Part shown: in pieces, positions 48,793 through 58,200 of the stretch
How the letters are laid out: the number at the start of each line of letters is the position of its first letter
Position numbering within the stretch: the stretch's first letter is position 1
From: a bacterium
GTDB lineage: Bacteria > Omnitrophota > Gorgyraeia > Aquiviventales > Aquiviventaceae
NCBI GenBank assembly: GCA_036396895.1
Contig: DASWKB010000030.1
Location: 1 to 59,773 of the forward strand
DNA: 59,773 nucleotides
Direction: 5' to 3'
Made by a program: the position numbers and the translations under genes
The notes under the pieces: generated by a model
Told to the model about the DNA's origin: nothing
The model's database searches: none
The model's input: the letters and a program-made list of their open reading frames with translations, nothing else

Positions 48793-49278
48793 ATGCCGCG
48801 CGTGTTCATCGGCCTTGGCTCGAATCTCGGAGACCGCGAGGCGCATCTGGCCGGCGCGATCCGGGCGCTCGCCGACGAACCCGGCGTCCGGCTGATCCGG
48901 AGCGCCACGGTGCGCGAAACGCTCCCCGTGGGCGGCCCCCCGCAGGACCCCTACCTGAACACCGTCGTGGAAGTGTCCACCTCGCTCGAACCCCGGCAGC
49001 TGCTCGCGGCCCTCAAGCGCCTGGAGCGGCGCTTCGGCCGGCGGCCGTCCTCCGTCCGGTGGGGGCCGCGCACGCTCGATGTGGATCTGCTCCTCTTCGG
49101 GGATCTCGTGATCGAGGAGCCGGGACTGAGCCTCCCGCATCCCCGCCTGCACGAACGGCCCTTCGTCCTCGAACCGCTCGCCGAGCTGGCTCCCGATGTC
49201 GTGCATCCGCGGCTCGGCCGCACCGCCGCCACGCTGGCGGCGGCCTGCGCGGGCAAGGCCGAGACGGAGCGGCCATGA
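48793..49278 (+). CDS. folK: 2-amino-4-hydroxy-6-hydroxymethyldihydropteridine diphosphokinase
   Basis: IGLGSNLGDR, YLNTV, RWGPRTLDVDLL, PHPRLHERPFVLEPL. Confidence 0.97.
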   Translation: MPRVFIGLGSNLGDREAHLAGAIRALADEPGVRLIRSATVRETLPVGGPPQDPYLNTVVEVSTSLEPRQLLAALKRLERRFGRRPSSVRWGPRTLDVDLLLFGDLVIEEPGLSLPHPRLHERPFVLEPLAELAPDVVHPRLGRTAATLAAACAGKAETERP

Positions 49279-50123
49279 TCGTGATCCGCTCGCACGAGCG
49301 GATGGCGCGCCTCGCCGCCCGATGGGAGCGGGAGGGGCGGCGAATCGGCTTCGTGCCGACGATGGGCGCGCTGCACGCCGGCCACGGCGCGCTGATCCGG
49401 GCGGCGAGGCGCGAGAGCGATCGCGTGATCGTGAGCGTGTTCGTGAACCCGCTGCAGTTCGGTCCCCGGGAGGATTTCGCGCGGTACCCGCGGACGCTCC
49501 GGCGGGACTGCGCGGCCGCGCGCGCCGCCGGCGCGGACGTCGTGTTCGCCCCTCGCCCGTCCGCGATGTTTCCCGGCGGATTCGACACCGCCGTCGACGT
49601 CGGAGCCGTCGCGGCGGGCTGGGAAGGGCGCGCGCGGCCGGGCCACTTCCGCGGCGTGGCGACCGTCGTGCTGAAGCTGCTGCTCGCGACGCGCGCGGCC
49701 GTGCTGGTGCTGGGACAGAAGGACTACCAGCAGACGCGGGTGCTGGCGCGGCTGGTGTCGGACCTGGGGATCGGGGCGCGGCTTCTCGTGTGCCCGACGG
49801 TGCGAGAGCCGGACGGGCTCGCCTTGAGCTCGCGCAACCGGTCCCTGACCCGGGCGCAGCGCGCGCGGGCGGGAGCGCTGAACGCGACGCTTCGCGACGC
49901 GAGCCGGATGATCCGGAGGGGCGCGCGGAGCGCGCCGGCGGTGAACGCGTTCATGCGGCGGCGGCTCGACGCGGTGCCGGGCCTGCGCGTGGAATACGCG
50001 GCGGCGGCGGACGCGGCGACGCTCGAGCCGGTCCGTCGCCTCGGCGGCCGCATCGCGCTCCTGGCGGCGGTGCGGCTCGGTCGCGCACGGCTGATTGACA
50101 ATGTTCTCGTCGACGTGCCATAA
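49275..50123 (+). CDS. panC: Pantoate-beta-alanine ligase
   Basis: FVPTMGALHAGH, FVNPLQF, RPGHFRGV, GQKDYQQ, REPDGLALSSRN, RLIDN. Confidence 0.97.
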   Translation: MIVIRSHERMARLAARWEREGRRIGFVPTMGALHAGHGALIRAARRESDRVIVSVFVNPLQFGPREDFARYPRTLRRDCAAARAAGADVVFAPRPSAMFPGGFDTAVDVGAVAAGWEGRARPGHFRGVATVVLKLLLATRAAVLVLGQKDYQQTRVLARLVSDLGIGARLLVCPTVREPDGLALSSRNRSLTRAQRARAGALNATLRDASRMIRRGARSAPAVNAFMRRRLDAVPGLRVEYAAAADAATLEPVRRLGGRIALLAAVRLGRARLIDNVLVDVP

Positions 50124-50157
50124 TGGCCACTCAATCGCTCGACGGAGGGCACGGCTG

Positions 50158-50574
50158 ATGTGGCGGACGATGTGCAAATCCAAGCTTCACGGCGCGACGG
50201 TGACCGACGCGAACGTGCAGTACGCCGGCAGCGTCACCATCGACGCGGAGCTCATGCGGGCGGCGGACCTCGCGCCGTACGAGCAGGTGCACCTGCTTGA
50301 TCTCGATAACGGCGCGCGCGTCGTGACCTACTGCATCGAGGGCCCGCGCGGATCCGGCACGGTGTGCGTCAACGGCGCGGCCGCGCGCCTGATCCGTTCG
50401 GGCGACCGCGTGATCGTCATCGCGTACGGCCAGTACTCCTCCGACGAGCTCGCCCGGTTCATCCCGACGATCGTGGTGTTGGATGAGCGTAACCGCATTC
50501 GTGACGTGGTCCCCTCGGGGCGCGCGGGGACCGGAGCCGACGGTGAAGCCGCGTCGCTGCCGTCCGGCGCTTGA
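50158..50574 (+). CDS. panD: Aspartate 1-decarboxylase proenzyme
   Basis: KSKLHGATVT, YAG|SVTID cleavage site, NGAR..TY, NGAAA. Confidence 0.97.
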   Translation: MWRTMCKSKLHGATVTDANVQYAGSVTIDAELMRAADLAPYEQVHLLDLDNGARVVTYCIEGPRGSGTVCVNGAAARLIRSGDRVIVIAYGQYSSDELARFIPTIVVLDERNRIRDVVPSGRAGTGADGEAASLPSGA

Positions 50575-51380
50575 TGATCCGCGTCGGTCTGGTGGGCTGC
50601 GGTACCATCGGAACCGGCATGGCGCTGGCGATTGAACGCCGATACGGGAGCATGGCCCGCCTGGTGGCCCTCCATGATATCGATCCCGCTCGAACCGATC
50701 TCCTCCGCCGAAGACTTCGCACCTCCCCCCCGAGCGTCTCCCTGCCGGTCCTCATCCGCCGCAGTCAACTGGTCCTTGAGGCGGCCTCGGTCCGGGCTGC
50801 CGGCGAGGTCGCGACGCGGGCCCTGCGCGCGCATCGGGACGTCCTCATCATGAGCGTGGGCGGCTTGGTCTTGAGCCGGGCCTGGCGCCGCGCCGCGGCT
50901 CGGGGGCGGGCCCGGGTGTACGTGCCGAGCGGAGCGCTGGCGGGGTTGGACGGGATTCGAGCGCTGGCGGAAGGCGGTCTGCGGTCGGTGCGTCTCACGA
51001 CGACCAAGCCGCCGTCGGCGCTGGCCGGCGCGCCGTACGTGCGGGCCCGGAAGCTCAGGCTGTCGGGTCTGCGGAAGCCCCGCGTGGTGTTCGAAGGCAC
51101 GGCGCGGGACGTGGTCGCCGGATTTCCGAAGAACGCGAACATCGCCGCGGCGCTGGCGCTCGCGTGCGGGCGCGCGCGCGCTCGCGTGCGCGTGCGCATC
51201 GTGGCCGATCCTTCGGCGCGGGTGAACCGCCATGAGCTGGAAGCAGTCGGAACCGCCGGCGCCGTGCGCGTGACGATCGAGAGCCGTCCGAGCCGCAATC
51301 CGAACACGAGCGTGTTGGCCGTCCAGTCGGCCGTGGCGGCCCTGGAGCGGATCTTTTCTCCCGTGGCCGTCGGGACCTAG
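50574..51380 (+). CDS. nadX: L-aspartate dehydrogenase
   Basis: GLVGCGTIG, PSGALAGLD, KPP, FEGTARD...FPKNANIAA, NRHE, NPNTS. Confidence 0.85.
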   Translation: MIRVGLVGCGTIGTGMALAIERRYGSMARLVALHDIDPARTDLLRRRLRTSPPSVSLPVLIRRSQLVLEAASVRAAGEVATRALRAHRDVLIMSVGGLVLSRAWRRAAARGRARVYVPSGALAGLDGIRALAEGGLRSVRLTTTKPPSALAGAPYVRARKLRLSGLRKPRVVFEGTARDVVAGFPKNANIAAALALACGRARARVRVRIVADPSARVNRHELEAVGTAGAVRVTIESRPSRNPNTSVLAVQSAVAALERIFSPVAVGT

Positions 51381-51488
51381 CGTGTCCCCGGCACGCGGCC
51401 CGGCATCAAATTTCTGTGGGTCGTCGCGTCAACCCGGAAGCGCGACGGAGGCATAACCGCGTAGCGGATGGAGAGGGGGTGAGTTCCC

Positions 51489-51632
51489 GTGGCAGAAAAG
51501 GTCGCAAAGGTGGGAATCAAGAAGCAGGCCGGTTACCTGTACTTTGTGGACCGGCATGGTGACATCTCGCGAGCCAAGATGGTGCGAGGTGGCCAGAGCC
51601 GACGTCGATCGAGCCGGCGCCGCAGGCGCTGA
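51489..51632 (+). CDS. 47-aa highly basic protein, putative nucleic-acid-binding (Cc1-like motif plus Arg-rich tail); absent from ORF track
   Basis: GTG start 6 nt after SD-like GAGGGGGTGA. MAEKVAKVGIKKQAGYLYFVDRHGDISRAKMVRGGQSRRRSSRRRRR*. Fills an otherwise empty gap. Confidence 0.8.
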   Translation: MAEKVAKVGIKKQAGYLYFVDRHGDISRAKMVRGGQSRRRSSRRRRR

Positions 51633-51642
51633 TCCGGTCGGA

Positions 51643-51694
51643 TCACGACGGGAATCCCTACACGCAGTCCTGCGTGTAGGGATTCCCGTCGTGA
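51643..51694. other. Perfect 24-bp inverted repeat (3' hairpin of the small-protein mRNA)
   Basis: tcacgacgggaatccctacacgca-gtcc-tgcgtgtagggattcccgtcgtga. Confidence 0.8.
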
Positions 51695-51717
51695 GTTATC
51701 ATCGAGTGGTGCGATCC

Positions 51718-54600
51718 ATGTCCCCAGACGACGCCATCCTCGTGCGCGGCGCGCGCGAGCACAATCTCAAGTCGGTGTCGCTCCGGCTGCCCCGCAACCG
51801 CCTGATCGTGATCACCGGGTTGTCGGGCTCCGGCAAGTCCTCGCTGGCCTTCGACACCTTGTACGCGGAGGGGCAGCGGCGTTATGTCGAGAGCCTCTCC
51901 GCCTACGCGCGGCAGTTTCTCGAGCGCCTCGGGAAACCCGACGTGGAGTCGATTGAAGGCCTCTCGCCCGCCATCGCGATCGAGCAGCGCACGGCGGGCG
52001 CCAACCCGCGCTCGACCGTCGCGACGCAGACCGAGGTCTACGATTATCTCCGGGTGCTGTTCGCGCGGCTCGGCCGGGCGCACTGTCCGCGCTGCCGCGT
52101 GCCGATCAGCCGCCAGTCCGCGCAGGAGATCGTCTCTCAGATCCGGTCGCTGCCGGCTGGCGCGGAGCTGACGATCCTGGCGCCCGCGATCCGGGGGCGC
52201 AAGGGTCAGCACCTCGAGCTCTTCCAGGAGGCGCGGCGGCAGGGGTTCGTGGCGGTCCGGGTCGACGGCGCCGTCAGGGATTTGGACGAGCGGATCGTGC
52301 TCGACAAGAAGCGCGCGCACTCGGTCGACATCATCGTGGACCGCCTCGCGCTGGACGGCGGCGAGTCCTCCCGCCTGACGGAGTCGGTCGAGGCGGCGCT
52401 GAAGTCCGGCAAAGGCATCGTGCTGGTCAGCGTGCGGCGCGGCCGCTCCGGAGGGACGCGGATCGCGGCCCAGGAGCTGGTCTTCAGCGAGCTCTATGCG
52501 TGCGCCCGGTGCGGGTTCAGCGTGGAGGAAATCTCGCCCCGCACGTTTTCATTCAACTCTCCCTACGGGGCGTGCCCGTCCTGCGACGGACTGGGGACGC
52601 GCCTCGAAGTCGATCCCGACCTGGTCGTGCCGGACCGGACGACATCGCTCCGGGAGGGCGCGATCGAGCCCTGGAAGCGCGGCGGGGTGCACATGGTGAT
52701 GTATTACTCGCGCCTGTTGCGGGAAGTGGCGCGCCACTTCCGGCTTGACCTGGACACGCCCTTCGGCCGGCTTGATCGGCGCATGCAGCGGATGCTGCTC
52801 TATGGGTCTCCGGAGGAGGTCTGGGACGGGCCGTTCGAAGGCGCCATTCCGAATTTGGAGCGGCGGTTCCGGGACACGCAGTCGGACTTCGTCAAGGAAG
52901 AGATCGCGAAAGTCATGAGCGTCCAGCCGTGCCGGAGCTGCCGCGGCGCCCGGCTTCGTCCCGAGCGCCTCGCCGTCACCATCGGAGGGCGCTCGATCGC
53001 GGACGTGTGCCGCGACTCGGTGGTCGCGGCCGAGGCGTGGCTGGCCGCGTTGAGCTGGTCCGCCGGTGAGCGCGCGGTGGCGGATCCGCTGCTCAAGGAG
53101 ATCCGCTCGCGATTGCAGTTCCTCGTCGATGTGGGCCTGGGATACCTGACGCTGGACCGGGCCTCCGCGAGCCTCTCGGGAGGGGAGGCGCAGCGGATCC
53201 GGCTGGCGACCCAGGTGGGTTCGGGTCTGGTGGGGGTGATGTACGTGCTGGATGAGCCCTCGATCGGGTTGCATCAGCGGGACAACCAGAAGCTGCTGAA
53301 CACCCTGGCGCGGCTCCGGGACCTCGGCAATACGCTCGTCGTGGTCGAACACGACGAGGAGACGATCCGGCGCGCGGACCATATCGTGGATCTCGGGCCC
53401 GGCGCGGGCAAGCACGGAGGGGAGGTCGTGGCCGAGGGGGCGCTGGAGGACATCCTGCGCGAGCCGCGAAGCCTGACGGGGCAATACCTGAGCGGCGGCC
53501 GGCGCATCCCCGTTCCGCCTGCGCGGAGAGCCGGGCACGGGACAGGCATCACGATCCGGGGCGCGGAGGAGCACAACCTGAAGTCCATCGACGTCCGGAT
53601 TCCGCTGGGCTGCTTCGTGTGCGTCACCGGGGTGTCGGGGTCGGGGAAGTCCACGTTGATCGATGAGATCCTCTATCGGGCGCTGGCGCGGCGGCTTTCG
53701 GGCGGGCGGCTGCGCCCCGGCCGGCACCGGAGTCTGAGCGGGGTCGAGCACCTGGACAAGGTGGTCGTCATCGACCAGTCGCCGATCGGGCGGACGCCCC
53801 GCTCCAACCCCGCGACGTATACCGGCGTCTTCGGTCCCGTCCGGGACCTGTTCAGGCAGACCTCGGGCGCCAAACTCCGGGGATTCAAGCCTGGCCGGTT
53901 CAGCTTCAACGTCAAGGGCGGGCGCTGCGAAGCCTGTCAAGGCGACGGCGTGAAGCGGATCGAGATGCATTTCCTCTCGGACGTCTACGTGCGCTGCGAG
54001 GTCTGCAAGGGGAGCCGGTTCAACGAGCTCACGCTGCAAGTGACGTATAAGGGGCGCTCGATCGCGGATGTCCTGGCGATGACGGTGGAGGAGGCGCTGG
54101 AGCTCTTCGGGGCGGTGCCGGCCATCGCCCAGCGTCTGCGGACGATGCAGGCGGTGGGACTGGAGTACCTGGAGCTGGGGCAATCGGCCACGACGCTCTC
54201 GGGCGGCGAGGCGCAGCGGATCAAGCTCTCGCGGGAGCTCTCGCGCCGCGCGACGGGCCGCACCTTGTACCTGCTCGATGAGCCGACCACGGGGCTGCAC
54301 TTCGCCGACATCGAGCGGCTCCTCGGCGTGCTCCACCGGCTTGTGGAGCACGGCAACACGGTGCTCGTCATCGAGCACAATCTTGAAGTCGTGAAGACGG
54401 CGGACCATCTCATCGATCTGGGTCCCGATGGGGGCGACGCGGGCGGACGGCTGGTGGCGGCAGGCACTCCCGAGGAGGTCGCGCGGCAGCCGGCGTCATG
54501 GACGGGCCGGTACCTGCGCCCGCTCCTCGAGGGCCCGAGGGGATCGCTCACGCTGCCGTCGCTTGAAGCGCCGGTTGAGGCGGAGGCGGGCGGCGCATGA
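51718..54600 (+). CDS. uvrA: Excinuclease ABC subunit A
   Basis: GAREHNLK, TGLSGSGKS, zinc fingers (CPRC; CARC..CPSC), LSGGEAQR twice, TGVSGSGKS, LDEPTTGLH. Confidence 0.99.
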   Translation: MSPDDAILVRGAREHNLKSVSLRLPRNRLIVITGLSGSGKSSLAFDTLYAEGQRRYVESLSAYARQFLERLGKPDVESIEGLSPAIAIEQRTAGANPRSTVATQTEVYDYLRVLFARLGRAHCPRCRVPISRQSAQEIVSQIRSLPAGAELTILAPAIRGRKGQHLELFQEARRQGFVAVRVDGAVRDLDERIVLDKKRAHSVDIIVDRLALDGGESSRLTESVEAALKSGKGIVLVSVRRGRSGGTRIAAQELVFSELYACARCGFSVEEISPRTFSFNSPYGACPSCDGLGTRLEVDPDLVVPDRTTSLREGAIEPWKRGGVHMVMYYSRLLREVARHFRLDLDTPFGRLDRRMQRMLLYGSPEEVWDGPFEGAIPNLERRFRDTQSDFVKEEIAKVMSVQPCRSCRGARLRPERLAVTIGGRSIADVCRDSVVAAEAWLAALSWSAGERAVADPLLKEIRSRLQFLVDVGLGYLTLDRASASLSGGEAQRIRLATQVGSGLVGVMYVLDEPSIGLHQRDNQKLLNTLARLRDLGNTLVVVEHDEETIRRADHIVDLGPGAGKHGGEVVAEGALEDILREPRSLTGQYLSGGRRIPVPPARRAGHGTGITIRGAEEHNLKSIDVRIPLGCFVCVTGVSGSGKSTLIDEILYRALARRLSGGRLRPGRHRSLSGVEHLDKVVVIDQSPIGRTPRSNPATYTGVFGPVRDLFRQTSGAKLRGFKPGRFSFNVKGGRCEACQGDGVKRIEMHFLSDVYVRCEVCKGSRFNELTLQVTYKGRSIADVLAMTVEEALELFGAVPAIAQRLRTMQAVGLEYLELGQSATTLSGGEAQRIKLSRELSRRATGRTLYLLDEPTTGLHFADIERLLGVLHRLVEHGNTVLVIEHNLEVVKTADHLIDLGPDGGDAGGRLVAAGTPEEVARQPASWTGRYLRPLLEGPRGSLTLPSLEAPVEAEAGGA

Positions 54601-56693
54601 TGCGGGCGCTGGCAGTGAGTCTCATCCTGCTCGCGCCCGGCGTGCCGGCCGTCCGGGCGCAGACCGCCGGGGAGCCCACGCCCGGCTATGCGAGCGTGCA
54701 GCAGGCGTTTCTCCGGGAGGAGTTTCAGAGCGCCGCGGCGCTGGCGGAGCGCTTTATCACGGAGCACGTCGACGCCCCGGAGCGCGCGCGCGTGCAGCTC
54801 TGGTTCGCGCTGAGCCTTGACCGCCTCGAGCGCGCCAACGACGCGCTGAAGGAGCTGGATGCGCTCAAGTCCCACTTGAGGCGTGCGGACGCGCTCTGGC
54901 CTGAGGCGCTCTACTGGGAGGGGGAGATCAGCCGCCGCGCGCTGCTGTTGATCCGGGCGCGCCTGGCGTATCAGCGGGTCATCGAGCGCGCAGCCGAATC
55001 GAGCTGGGCGGCCCAGGCCCGGATCGGCCTCGGCATGATCTCGATGCACGAACAGGCCTACCGCGATGCCCTGGCGCATTTCGCCCAGGCGGGCAGGGAG
55101 GCCGAGGGGGAGCAGGGCCCGTTCGGCGTTCGCGTGCTGCAGGCGGTCTGCCACCTGAAATTACAGGAATACGAGCAAGCGAGGGCGCTGTTGGAGCCCG
55201 CGCTGGAGCAGGCCGGCGGCTCGGAGGGGGCGGCGCAGGCCGGGTTGTATCTCGGCGAGGCGCTGACGGGCCTTGAGCGGTTCGGAGACGCCCGCGAGGC
55301 GTACCGCCGGGTGCTGGACCTGGCGGAGGACTCCCCGTGGGGGCGTCTGGCCTGGTTCGGGCTGGGATGGGCGGCCTACCGCGCCGACGACTGCGGCGAG
55401 AGCCTCGAGGCGTTCGAGCGGTACGTGGCCCTGGGGGATCCCGAGTTCCGGACGGAGGCGCTGTTCGCGAACGTGGACTGCTTCATGCGCCTCGGGCGGA
55501 CCGATGAGGCGTCCGCGCTGTACGACCGGTTGGTGTCCGCGCGGGGGGATTTCCCTCTGGCCGTCGAGCGCGGCCTGGCCATCGCCGACGCGTACCGTCG
55601 CCAGGGGCAGCTCGAATTCGCCCAGCGCCTGCTGATGCGGCTGTTGGGGCAGGGGCTGACCGAACACGCGCGCGCGCAGATCCGGCTGCAGCTGGGCGCA
55701 CTCGCCCTGGAGCAGGGCGATCCGGACCGGGCGGCCAGCCTGTTTGAGCAGGCGGGCCACACCTCCGACGCCGGCCTCAGGCAGGCGTCGTTGAACGGGT
55801 TGGGCGACGTGCACCTTTGGCTGGGGGCCTACGAGCAGGCGGCGGCGCTGTACGAGCAGAGCCGCGCCCTGTCGGACCCGAACGTCGTCACGGCGTACGC
55901 GACGTATCAGCTGGCCAGGGCCCATCTCGAGCTCGGCGAGACCGAACGGGCCAGGTCGCTGTTCGAAGGGCTGATGGAGCAGGACGCCCTGGGGCGCGCC
56001 GAAGAGGCGCGGTTGGCGCTCGCCCTCATGGAGCTTGCCGGAGGCGAACGCGAGCGGGCGCGGCATCGGCTCGAGACCGTCAGACTCAGGCAGCCTGGGA
56101 GTCAAGCGGCGGGGCGGGCGGCGTATTACCTTGCGCTCCTGGCGGCCAAGGACGACTCGCGTGAGGAAGCCGCCGAGCTCGTTCGGGAGACGCTGGCGTA
56201 CGCCCCCGGGGCGAATGAGGCGGTGGATGCGACCATCACGCTGGCGGAGCTCACCATGCCCGGCGGCCGGGACGAGGCGCTCCTGGACCGGCTGCGCCTC
56301 GCATACGAGGCCGCCCTGCCGCGGCAGCGCGCCGCCTACGCCAAGCGGCTCGGGGATCTCGAGCGGCAGCGGGGCCGCCACCGCAACGCGATCGCGTGGT
56401 ACGCCCGCGCGGGGGAGACGCTGCCGTCGCTGAGGGGCGAAACGCGCTATTGGACCGCGGACTGCCATGAGGCCATGGGGGAGATCGAGGAGGCCATCCG
56501 CCGGTATATGGACGTGACGCAGCATCCCTGGCGCGTCCGGGCGCGCCTCGCCGCGGCGAAGCTGCTGGAGCGGCAGGGGCGGACGGGCGAGGCCAGGGGC
56601 ATCTACGAATCGCTCGCGCAGGAGCCCGTGCCCGAGGCGAAAGTGGCGCGCGAGCGTTTGGGTCGAACCGCAACGCAGAGGAGCACGGAGTGA
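54597..56693 (+). CDS. Exported multi-TPR protein
   Basis: Signal peptide MMRALAVSLILLAPGVPAVRA|Q, followed by repeated helical A.Y.LG/A...LG TPR-like units. Confidence 0.8.
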   Translation: MMRALAVSLILLAPGVPAVRAQTAGEPTPGYASVQQAFLREEFQSAAALAERFITEHVDAPERARVQLWFALSLDRLERANDALKELDALKSHLRRADALWPEALYWEGEISRRALLLIRARLAYQRVIERAAESSWAAQARIGLGMISMHEQAYRDALAHFAQAGREAEGEQGPFGVRVLQAVCHLKLQEYEQARALLEPALEQAGGSEGAAQAGLYLGEALTGLERFGDAREAYRRVLDLAEDSPWGRLAWFGLGWAAYRADDCGESLEAFERYVALGDPEFRTEALFANVDCFMRLGRTDEASALYDRLVSARGDFPLAVERGLAIADAYRRQGQLEFAQRLLMRLLGQGLTEHARAQIRLQLGALALEQGDPDRAASLFEQAGHTSDAGLRQASLNGLGDVHLWLGAYEQAAALYEQSRALSDPNVVTAYATYQLARAHLELGETERARSLFEGLMEQDALGRAEEARLALALMELAGGERERARHRLETVRLRQPGSQAAGRAAYYLALLAAKDDSREEAAELVRETLAYAPGANEAVDATITLAELTMPGGRDEALLDRLRLAYEAALPRQRAAYAKRLGDLERQRGRHRNAIAWYARAGETLPSLRGETRYWTADCHEAMGEIEEAIRRYMDVTQHPWRVRARLAAAKLLERQGRTGEARGIYESLAQEPVPEAKVARERLGRTATQRSTE

Positions 56694-57397
56694 CCATGCT
56701 GAACCGGTGGGTGTTCAATCTGGCGATTCTCGCGACGTCGATCCTGGTGGCGGTGACGGTGTATCAGTTCGTCGACATCGTCAACCGGGGCGGCCCGGTG
56801 ATGGTGCCGATCCTGGTCTGCTCGTTCTTCGCGCTGACCATCACGGTCGAACGGATGATTTATTTCGCTGGACTCGACGCCGACGCCGGAGCCTTCGCCG
56901 ACCGGCTTCGCGCGCTCGTGCAGGCGCGCCAGTGGACGGACGCCCAGGCGCTGTGCCGGGCCGCGCGCGGCCCCATCGCGAGGGTGGCGGCGGCGGGTCT
57001 CGCGGCCAGGGACCACGCGGCGCAGGACATCGAGCGGACCATGGAGGACGCGGCGCACGAGGAGCTCCCGCTCCTGGAGCGCCACCACCAGTGGCTGGCG
57101 ACGATCGCGCAGATCGCGACGTTGCTCGGGCTCCTCGGGACGGTGATCGGCATGGTGGCGGCGTTCCAGTCGGTCGAGACCAAAGCGGTGGGCGCAAGCC
57201 CGGTGAGTCCCGCGGATCTCGCCGGGGGGATCTGGCAGGCGCTGCTCACGACGGTCGCGGGGCTCTCCGTCGCGATCCCCACGATCCTGGCGTACAACTA
57301 CCTCGCGGGCCGGGTGACGGAGCTCCAGTTCCAGATCGAGCGCATCGCGGCGGTCCTGGCGAACTGGCGGCGGGCGGACGCCGCGGAGCGGCCATGA
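56690..57397 (+). CDS. MotA/TolQ/ExbB proton-channel protein
   Basis: GGPVMVPIL, LATIAQIATLLGLLGTVIGMV, LAGGIWQALLTTVAGLSVAIP. Confidence 0.93.
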   Translation: MTMLNRWVFNLAILATSILVAVTVYQFVDIVNRGGPVMVPILVCSFFALTITVERMIYFAGLDADAGAFADRLRALVQARQWTDAQALCRAARGPIARVAAAGLAARDHAAQDIERTMEDAAHEELPLLERHHQWLATIAQIATLLGLLGTVIGMVAAFQSVETKAVGASPVSPADLAGGIWQALLTTVAGLSVAIPTILAYNYLAGRVTELQFQIERIAAVLANWRRADAAERP

Positions 57398-57431
57398 GCG
57401 CCGGGGAGCGCGCCCGGCCGCGGAGCGCGCG

Positions 57432-57824
57432 ATGATCCGCATCCGGCGCGAGGGCACGCGCGCGGTGCCGGTCGACATCGCGCCGCTCATCGATATGGTG
57501 TTCAATCTGCTCTTGTTCTTCATGCTCACCTCGAGCTTCGTGCTCCATCCGAGCATCCGCGTCAGCCTGCCGCAGGCGAGTACGGCCCAGCGCACCTCCG
57601 CGACCAGCCTCATCATCACCCTGACCAAGGAGCACTTGGTCTACGTGAACGACGGCCTGGTGACGTTTACGGAGCTGGAGACGACCTTGGAACGCACGCC
57701 GCGGGACACGCCCGTGCTGATCCGGGCGGATCAGCATGCGTTCGTCGAAAAGCTCGTCGAGTTGTGGGATCTCTGCCGGCGGACCGGCTACGAGCGCGTC
57801 CACATCGCGACGCTGGCGGAATGA
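57432..57824 (+). CDS. ExbD/TolR biopolymer transporter
   Basis: DIAPLIDMVFNLLLFFML (TM Asp), LPQAS, VLIRAD. Confidence 0.93.
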   Translation: MIRIRREGTRAVPVDIAPLIDMVFNLLLFFMLTSSFVLHPSIRVSLPQASTAQRTSATSLIITLTKEHLVYVNDGLVTFTELETTLERTPRDTPVLIRADQHAFVEKLVELWDLCRRTGYERVHIATLAE

Positions 57825-58171
57825 TGAGACCCCGCCGGCGCGCGCAGGTCCTGCTGGTTCTGGTGACGCACCCGGCGGGGCGGGCCGCCGGGCGGTTCGC
57901 CGCGCGGCTCGTGGACGCGCGGCTGGCGGCATGCGTCAACATCCTTCCGGCGGCCGAGTCGGTCTTTTGGTGGCGGGGCAAGCTCGATCGCGGGCGGGAA
58001 TCGCTGCTGCTCATCAAGACCACGGCATCGGCATACGCGCCGCTGGAAGCGGCCATCACGCGCTGGCACCCGTATGACGTGCCGGAAGTCATTGCCGTTC
58101 CTATCATGAGGGGTTCAGCTCCCTATCTTGCCTGGGTGAAATCCAGCGTGCAGGCATCGCGGGCCCCTTAA
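57821..58171 (+). CDS. cutA: Divalent-cation tolerance protein CutA
   Basis: ARLAACVNI, SVFWWRGK, LLIKT, HPYDVPEVIAVP..G..YLAWV. Confidence 0.93.
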   Translation: MMRPRRRAQVLLVLVTHPAGRAAGRFAARLVDARLAACVNILPAAESVFWWRGKLDRGRESLLLIKTTASAYAPLEAAITRWHPYDVPEVIAVPIMRGSAPYLAWVKSSVQASRAP

Positions 58172-58200
58172 ATTCGACCATCGAGCCATGGGAATGAGTC

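Noticed and set aside
51381-51488. Possible ncRNA (SRP/tRNA-like) between nadX and the small protein
   Set aside because: Only short stems (cgtcgcg/cgcgacg; ccgc/gcgg); no cloverleaf or SRP loop consensus.
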